64,000 bases of DNA from the NCBI GenBank assembly GCA_037925075.1, contig JAXSNR010000001.1, positions 384,001 to 448,000 on the forward strand. Reading direction: 5' to 3'. Origin of the DNA: Aquificaceae bacterium (lineage in GTDB: Bacteria; Aquificota; Aquificia; Aquificales; Aquificaceae). The position numbers and the translations under genes were made by a program. Of this stretch, positions 60,174-64,000 are shown piece by piece (the first letter of the stretch is position 1; the number at the start of each line of letters is the position of its first letter). Below the pieces are notes generated by a model that had not been told where the DNA came from, searched no databases, and saw nothing but the letters and a program-made list of their open reading frames with translations.

Positions 60174-61588
60174 TATGCCGCAACAGCTGCGGATATTGCA
60201 AGGGCAAGGGTTTCGGGATCCTTTTCACCTTCTATTTCAAAATCATAGGTTGGTAGCTTTTCTTCTAAAAACCTTATGCCAAAGTTGCCCGATATGAAGT
60301 CTGGGTCTCTTATGATTTCCCTGTGGAGGGGTATATTGGTGGGAACGCCCCTTATTATAAACTCATCTATGGCCCTCCTTGCCCTTGCAACCACTCTGTC
60401 CCATGTAAGAGCCCAAACACTCATCTTGGCTATCATAGAGTCATAGTAGGGTGGTATCACATAGTCCTTATAGACACCCGCATCCATCCTTATACCCGGT
60501 CCTCCGGGTGAGTAATAGGCGGTTATCTTTCCGGGCGCTGGAGCAAAACTCCTTTTTGGGTCTTCCGCGTTTATCCTAAACTCAATGGCATAACCTCTAA
60601 AGGTTATATCGCTTTGCGTAAAGGGAAGGGGCTCACCCATGGCAACCCTTATCATGGTTTCTACTATATCTATGCCCGTTACCATCTCGGTAATGGTATG
60701 CTCCACCTGAAGGCGTGTGTTCATCTCTATGAAGTAAAACTCTCCACTTTTTAGGTCTACTAAGAACTCCAAAGTACCTGCACTGTAATAGCCCACTTGC
60801 ATCATTGCCCTTACGCTTAGCCCTAACATCTTCTGTCTTATATCCTTTGGAAGTACAGGGCATGGGGTTATTTCTATTACCTTTTGGTGTTTTCTTTGCA
60901 CAGAGCAATCCCTCTCACCCAGATGCACCACGTTGCCATACTTGTCTCCCAAAATCTGAACTTCTATATGCTTAGGATTGTCCAAATACTTTTCCACAAA
61001 AAGGTCACCCTTTCCAAAGAAGGTTTCCGCTTCTCTGTAGCCAGACTCAAAAAGTCTTGGCAGTTCTTCAAAGCTACGCACAACCCTCATACCCCTACCA
61101 CCGCCACCGTAGGCGGATTTAAGAATAATCGGAAGACCTATCTCTTTGGCGTAGTGCAAGGCATCTTCATAATTTTTTAGGGGTTCTGGAGAGCCCGGTA
61201 TGGTAGGAATACCAAGTTTTTGAAGTGCCACCTTTGACTTTACCTTGTCTCCAAAGAGTTCTATGTGTTCAGGAGAAGGTCCAATAAAAGTTATTCCCTT
61301 TTTCTCACAGTAGCGGGCAAAGTCTGCATTCTCCGCAAGAAAACCGTAGCCGGGGTGTATGGCATCCGCTCCTATGGACTTGGCAAGGTCTACAATTCTC
61401 ACATAGTCAAGGTAAGCCCTCACAGGATCACCGGGAATGAGGTAGGCTTCGTCCGCCTTTTTCACATACAAGGACTTTGTGTCCGCCTCCGAGTATATGG
61501 CTGCGGTTCTTATACCAAGCTCTTCACAGGCTCTTATGATTCTAAGGGCTACCTCTCCTCTGTTTGCTACAAGAACCTTTTTGAACAT
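60161..61588 (-). CDS. Biotin carboxylase subunit, probably pyruvate carboxylase subunit A
   Basis: ANRGE, HPGYGFLAEN, ERDCSVQR, EMNTRLQVEH, YYDSM; C-terminal AISAAVAAYYGL tail as in two-subunit 2-oxoacid carboxylases; substrate not resolvable by eye. Confidence 0.9.
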   Translation of the reverse strand: MFKKVLVANRGEVALRIIRACEELGIRTAAIYSEADTKSLYVKKADEAYLIPGDPVRAYLDYVRIVDLAKSIGADAIHPGYGFLAENADFARYCEKKGITFIGPSPEHIELFGDKVKSKVALQKLGIPTIPGSPEPLKNYEDALHYAKEIGLPIILKSAYGGGGRGMRVVRSFEELPRLFESGYREAETFFGKGDLFVEKYLDNPKHIEVQILGDKYGNVVHLGERDCSVQRKHQKVIEITPCPVLPKDIRQKMLGLSVRAMMQVGYYSAGTLEFLVDLKSGEFYFIEMNTRLQVEHTITEMVTGIDIVETMIRVAMGEPLPFTQSDITFRGYAIEFRINAEDPKRSFAPAPGKITAYYSPGGPGIRMDAGVYKDYVIPPYYDSMIAKMSVWALTWDRVVARARRAIDEFIIRGVPTNIPLHREIIRDPDFISGNFGIRFLEEKLPTYDFEIEGEKDPETLALAISAAVAAYYGL

Positions 61589-61605
61589 GGTTTAAATTTT
61601 AACTC

Positions 61606-62328
61606 ATGAGGCTTTTGCCTAAGAATCTAAGAAAAATCCTCAGAAGGCTTGGGAGAGATATGGAAAGGTACACGGGTAAAAACATATCCCTACTTCTTTT
61701 CGGTTCTTACGCCAGAGGGGATTTTCACTCAGGCTCAGATGTGGATATAGTGGTGTTGGTTCCAGAGGATTGGACAGAGGGGGACAAACAGAAAGCTATG
61801 GAGACCATCACCAAATACAATAACCTTTACGACACACTCATAAGTCCTCTTTTTGTTAAGAAATCGTTCTTTAGCAAACTTAACATAAAGCCTATGATAC
61901 CTGTATATGGGAGGTTAAAGAAAGGGGAAAGGTTTTCGGAAGGTAGTAAGTTAAGATATGCACAGATGCATATGTCTAAAGCCCAAAGGCATTTGCAAAG
62001 GGCAAAACAACTGCATGATCTAAATATATACACTTCTGCGGTTCATGAGGCTTACTACGCGGTTTTTCATGCCTCCAAAGCCTTTCTGTTTCTCTTTGGA
62101 GAAGACCCTCAAACCCATAAAGGTGTCAGGCAGTTGATGAACCTTTACCTTTTTAAGGAAAAGGAGTATATGAAACTTGCAAAAATATACGATGAAGCTA
62201 TGCATATGAAGCAGAGGGCGGATTATGATGTTATAGGAGATTTTATTGAAAAGGATGAGTGTGAAAAACTCCTTAAAGATGTGGAGTTTTATGTAGAAAG
62301 TCTAAAGGAATTGATAGAAAAGTCCTAA
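61606..62328 (+). CDS. Fused minimal nucleotidyltransferase (MNT) + HEPN domain protein
   Basis: LFGSYARGD..SDVDIVV; AYYAVFHA.KA.L..THKG..ADY. Confidence 0.87.
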   Translation: MRLLPKNLRKILRRLGRDMERYTGKNISLLLFGSYARGDFHSGSDVDIVVLVPEDWTEGDKQKAMETITKYNNLYDTLISPLFVKKSFFSKLNIKPMIPVYGRLKKGERFSEGSKLRYAQMHMSKAQRHLQRAKQLHDLNIYTSAVHEAYYAVFHASKAFLFLFGEDPQTHKGVRQLMNLYLFKEKEYMKLAKIYDEAMHMKQRADYDVIGDFIEKDECEKLLKDVEFYVESLKELIEKS

Positions 62329-62865
62329 CTACTCAAGCTTTTCAATAACAAAACTCTGGTTTGTGTATATGCAGATTTCGCCTGCAATTCTCAGAGATTC
62401 CTTGACTATATCCTCCGCGGACATGTTTGTGTTTTTGTACAGAGCCAAGGCGGATGCCCTTGCGTAATCTCCTCCAGAACCTATACCAAGCACAGGCTCA
62501 TCAGGCTCTATTATGTCTCCATTACCAGAAAGAAGTAGCATACGTTCTCTATCTGCCACGAGAAGAAGGGCTTCAAGTCTTCTAAGGCTCCTGTCCATCC
62601 TCCAGTCCTTTGCAAGCTCCACGCAAGCCCTCAGGAGGTTTCCCCTAAACTCCTCCAGCTTTGCCTCCAACCTCTCCATAAGAGCCAAGCCATCCGCCGC
62701 AGAACCCGCAAAACCCACCAAAACGTTATCTTTGTACAGTCTTCTTATCTTTCTGGCACCGTGCTTTATCACAGAAGAACCAAGTGTAACCTGCCCATCG
62801 CCCCCCATCACAGTTATACCATCTTTTCTAACCGCTATTATGGTGGTTGATTTTACTTTCCTCAT
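62329..62865 (-). CDS. hslV: ATP-dependent protease subunit HslV
   Basis: TTI..DGQVT, GFAGSAAD, LRRLEA, IGSGG.YA, ICIYTN. Confidence 0.97.
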   Translation of the reverse strand: MRKVKSTTIIAVRKDGITVMGGDGQVTLGSSVIKHGARKIRRLYKDNVLVGFAGSAADGLALMERLEAKLEEFRGNLLRACVELAKDWRMDRSLRRLEALLLVADRERMLLLSGNGDIIEPDEPVLGIGSGGDYARASALALYKNTNMSAEDIVKESLRIAGEICIYTNQSFVIEKLE

Positions 62866-62889
62866 TGTTATAATATTCTACAGCTTGCG

Positions 62890-64000
62890 GTGAGGAAAAA
62901 TCCAAACTGTTTGGAGCTGTACCAACAAACGCTTACATCAAATATAAGTTGTCTTCTTGAGTATGTACAAAAACTGGTCTACCTCTACGAGAGAAGGGGA
63001 GAAAGTCTTTCTCTGATTCTTTTGGATGTGGATAACATGAAACAGATAAACAGAAGGAAGGGATACAAGTACGGAAACTTTGTTCTTTTGAAAATCTCCG
63101 AGATAATATCCAACAGCATAAGGAAGAGTGATATAGCTGGTAAATATAAGGGTAGTTCTTTCCTTATATTGCTCCCAAACTCTGATAAAGAGGGTGCTAA
63201 TAAAGTAGTAGAGAGAATATTGGACAGAATAAAGAATGCTGATTTTGATTTACAGGTCAGCTTCACCATAGGTATTTACAGCTTTGTACCTAATAGACAT
63301 AGTGTTGAAGAGTTGCTAAATCTCATAGAAGCCCACTTGGCAAGGGCAAAAATCAAAGGTGGTGTAGTACTTATTCAAGAAGAACTTTCCAAAAGGTCCC
63401 TAAACCATCAAACACTCCTTGAAGCACTTAGTAAGGAGTCTATAGAGCCCGCTTTTCAACCCATATACAACCTTGAGAACGATAGGGTTGAAGGTTATGA
63501 GGTACTTATGAGACTCCTAACGGAAGATGGGAAAATTGTACCAGCCAGCTGTTTTATAGAGGACCTTTTAAAAACATCCCTTATGAGTCCTTTTGAGGAG
63601 GTTGTGCTTCAAAAGGCACTTTCAAAGTTCAGATCCTTTGGACTTGGGGGTAGGATATACATAAACTTTCCCTACAACTTCGTTAACCTTATAGCCAAAG
63701 GTAAACTCAAAGTTTCTGATTTTTATAGAGAGGTAATCTCTTATGGGTTTGAACCGTCCAGAGTGGTGTTGGAGCTACCTGAAAGTAAAATAACGGGAAG
63801 CACAGAAGACCTGGTGGAACTGGTAAAGGAGGTGAGAAGCTACGGCTTTGGAGTTGCGGTAGATGACTTTGGTGTTGAATACTCCTCAGTAGAAAGGCTG
63901 ATTAAAACAAAACCTGATATAGTAAAGCTTGACGGCTTTTTCCTTAAGGAAGCTCCTTCCATGCTAAAGTGGGTGGTGGTTGGACTTAAAAGGCTTGGAT
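62890..64000 (+). CDS. Degenerate GGDEF + EAL domain protein (3'-truncated; not in the ORF track)
   Basis: Open from GTG 62890 to the window end; LILLDVDNMKQIN..G, motif position reads KYKGSSF; FQPI, YEVLMR, INF, VDDFGVEYSS, VKLD. Confidence 0.88.
   Translation, partial: MRKNPNCLELYQQTLTSNISCLLEYVQKLVYLYERRGESLSLILLDVDNMKQINRRKGYKYGNFVLLKISEIISNSIRKSDIAGKYKGSSFLILLPNSDKEGANKVVERILDRIKNADFDLQVSFTIGIYSFVPNRHSVEELLNLIEAHLARAKIKGGVVLIQEELSKRSLNHQTLLEALSKESIEPAFQPIYNLENDRVEGYEVLMRLLTEDGKIVPASCFIEDLLKTSLMSPFEEVVLQKALSKFRSFGLGGRIYINFPYNFVNLIAKGKLKVSDFYREVISYGFEPSRVVLELPESKITGSTEDLVELVKEVRSYGFGVAVDDFGVEYSSVERLIKTKPDIVKLDGFFLKEAPSMLKWVVVGLKRLG

Noticed and set aside
1..64000. tRNA, rRNA, CRISPR arrays, transposases, prophage genes
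   Set aside because: None recognised; spacers are short and mostly explained by promoters or terminators, although a covariance-model scan was not possible

Overview
Gene-dense chromosomal window from a thermophilic Aquificae bacterium (Hydrogenobacter/Thermocrinis-like; inferred from the five-subunit por operon, FBP aldolase/phosphatase, archaeal-type Trm1 and short MutL/TopA). Most of it is housekeeping: bioW, hfq, topA, fbp, era, mutL, hisF, ispH, dapF, hemE, trm1, trpE, an RND pump, murF, pheS, rplT, lipA, folC, tatA x2, nusB, ribH, panC, recO, glgA, nadC and hslV. I saw no rRNA, tRNA, CRISPR array or transposase. Two regions stand out. (1) At 10.3-19.1 kb is a co-oriented cluster of FecR-domain protein, CHASE2 adenylate cyclase, class II cAMP phosphodiesterase, Crp-like protein, GAF-HD-GYP protein and a large surface protein. 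The surface protein has an internal GGC-TM-RR sorting signal fused in frame to a TPR/beta-barrel whose last strands lie behind a -1 frameshift at an A7 run. A structured leader precedes the cluster, which looks like a trans-envelope cAMP/c-di-GMP signalling system. (2) At 27.3-30.1 kb, four Uma2 (PD-(D/E)xK) nuclease genes sit inside the porEDABG operon. Three form an exact 560-bp tandem array with near-identical flanks, mosaic segments and a ~72-nt hypervariable cassette. Also seen: a frameshifted OmpA-like gene, an MNT-HEPN fusion, an uncalled 58-aa ORF, candidate Crp/Fnr boxes and many putative leaderless genes. All calls come from reading motifs by eye; no searches were run.
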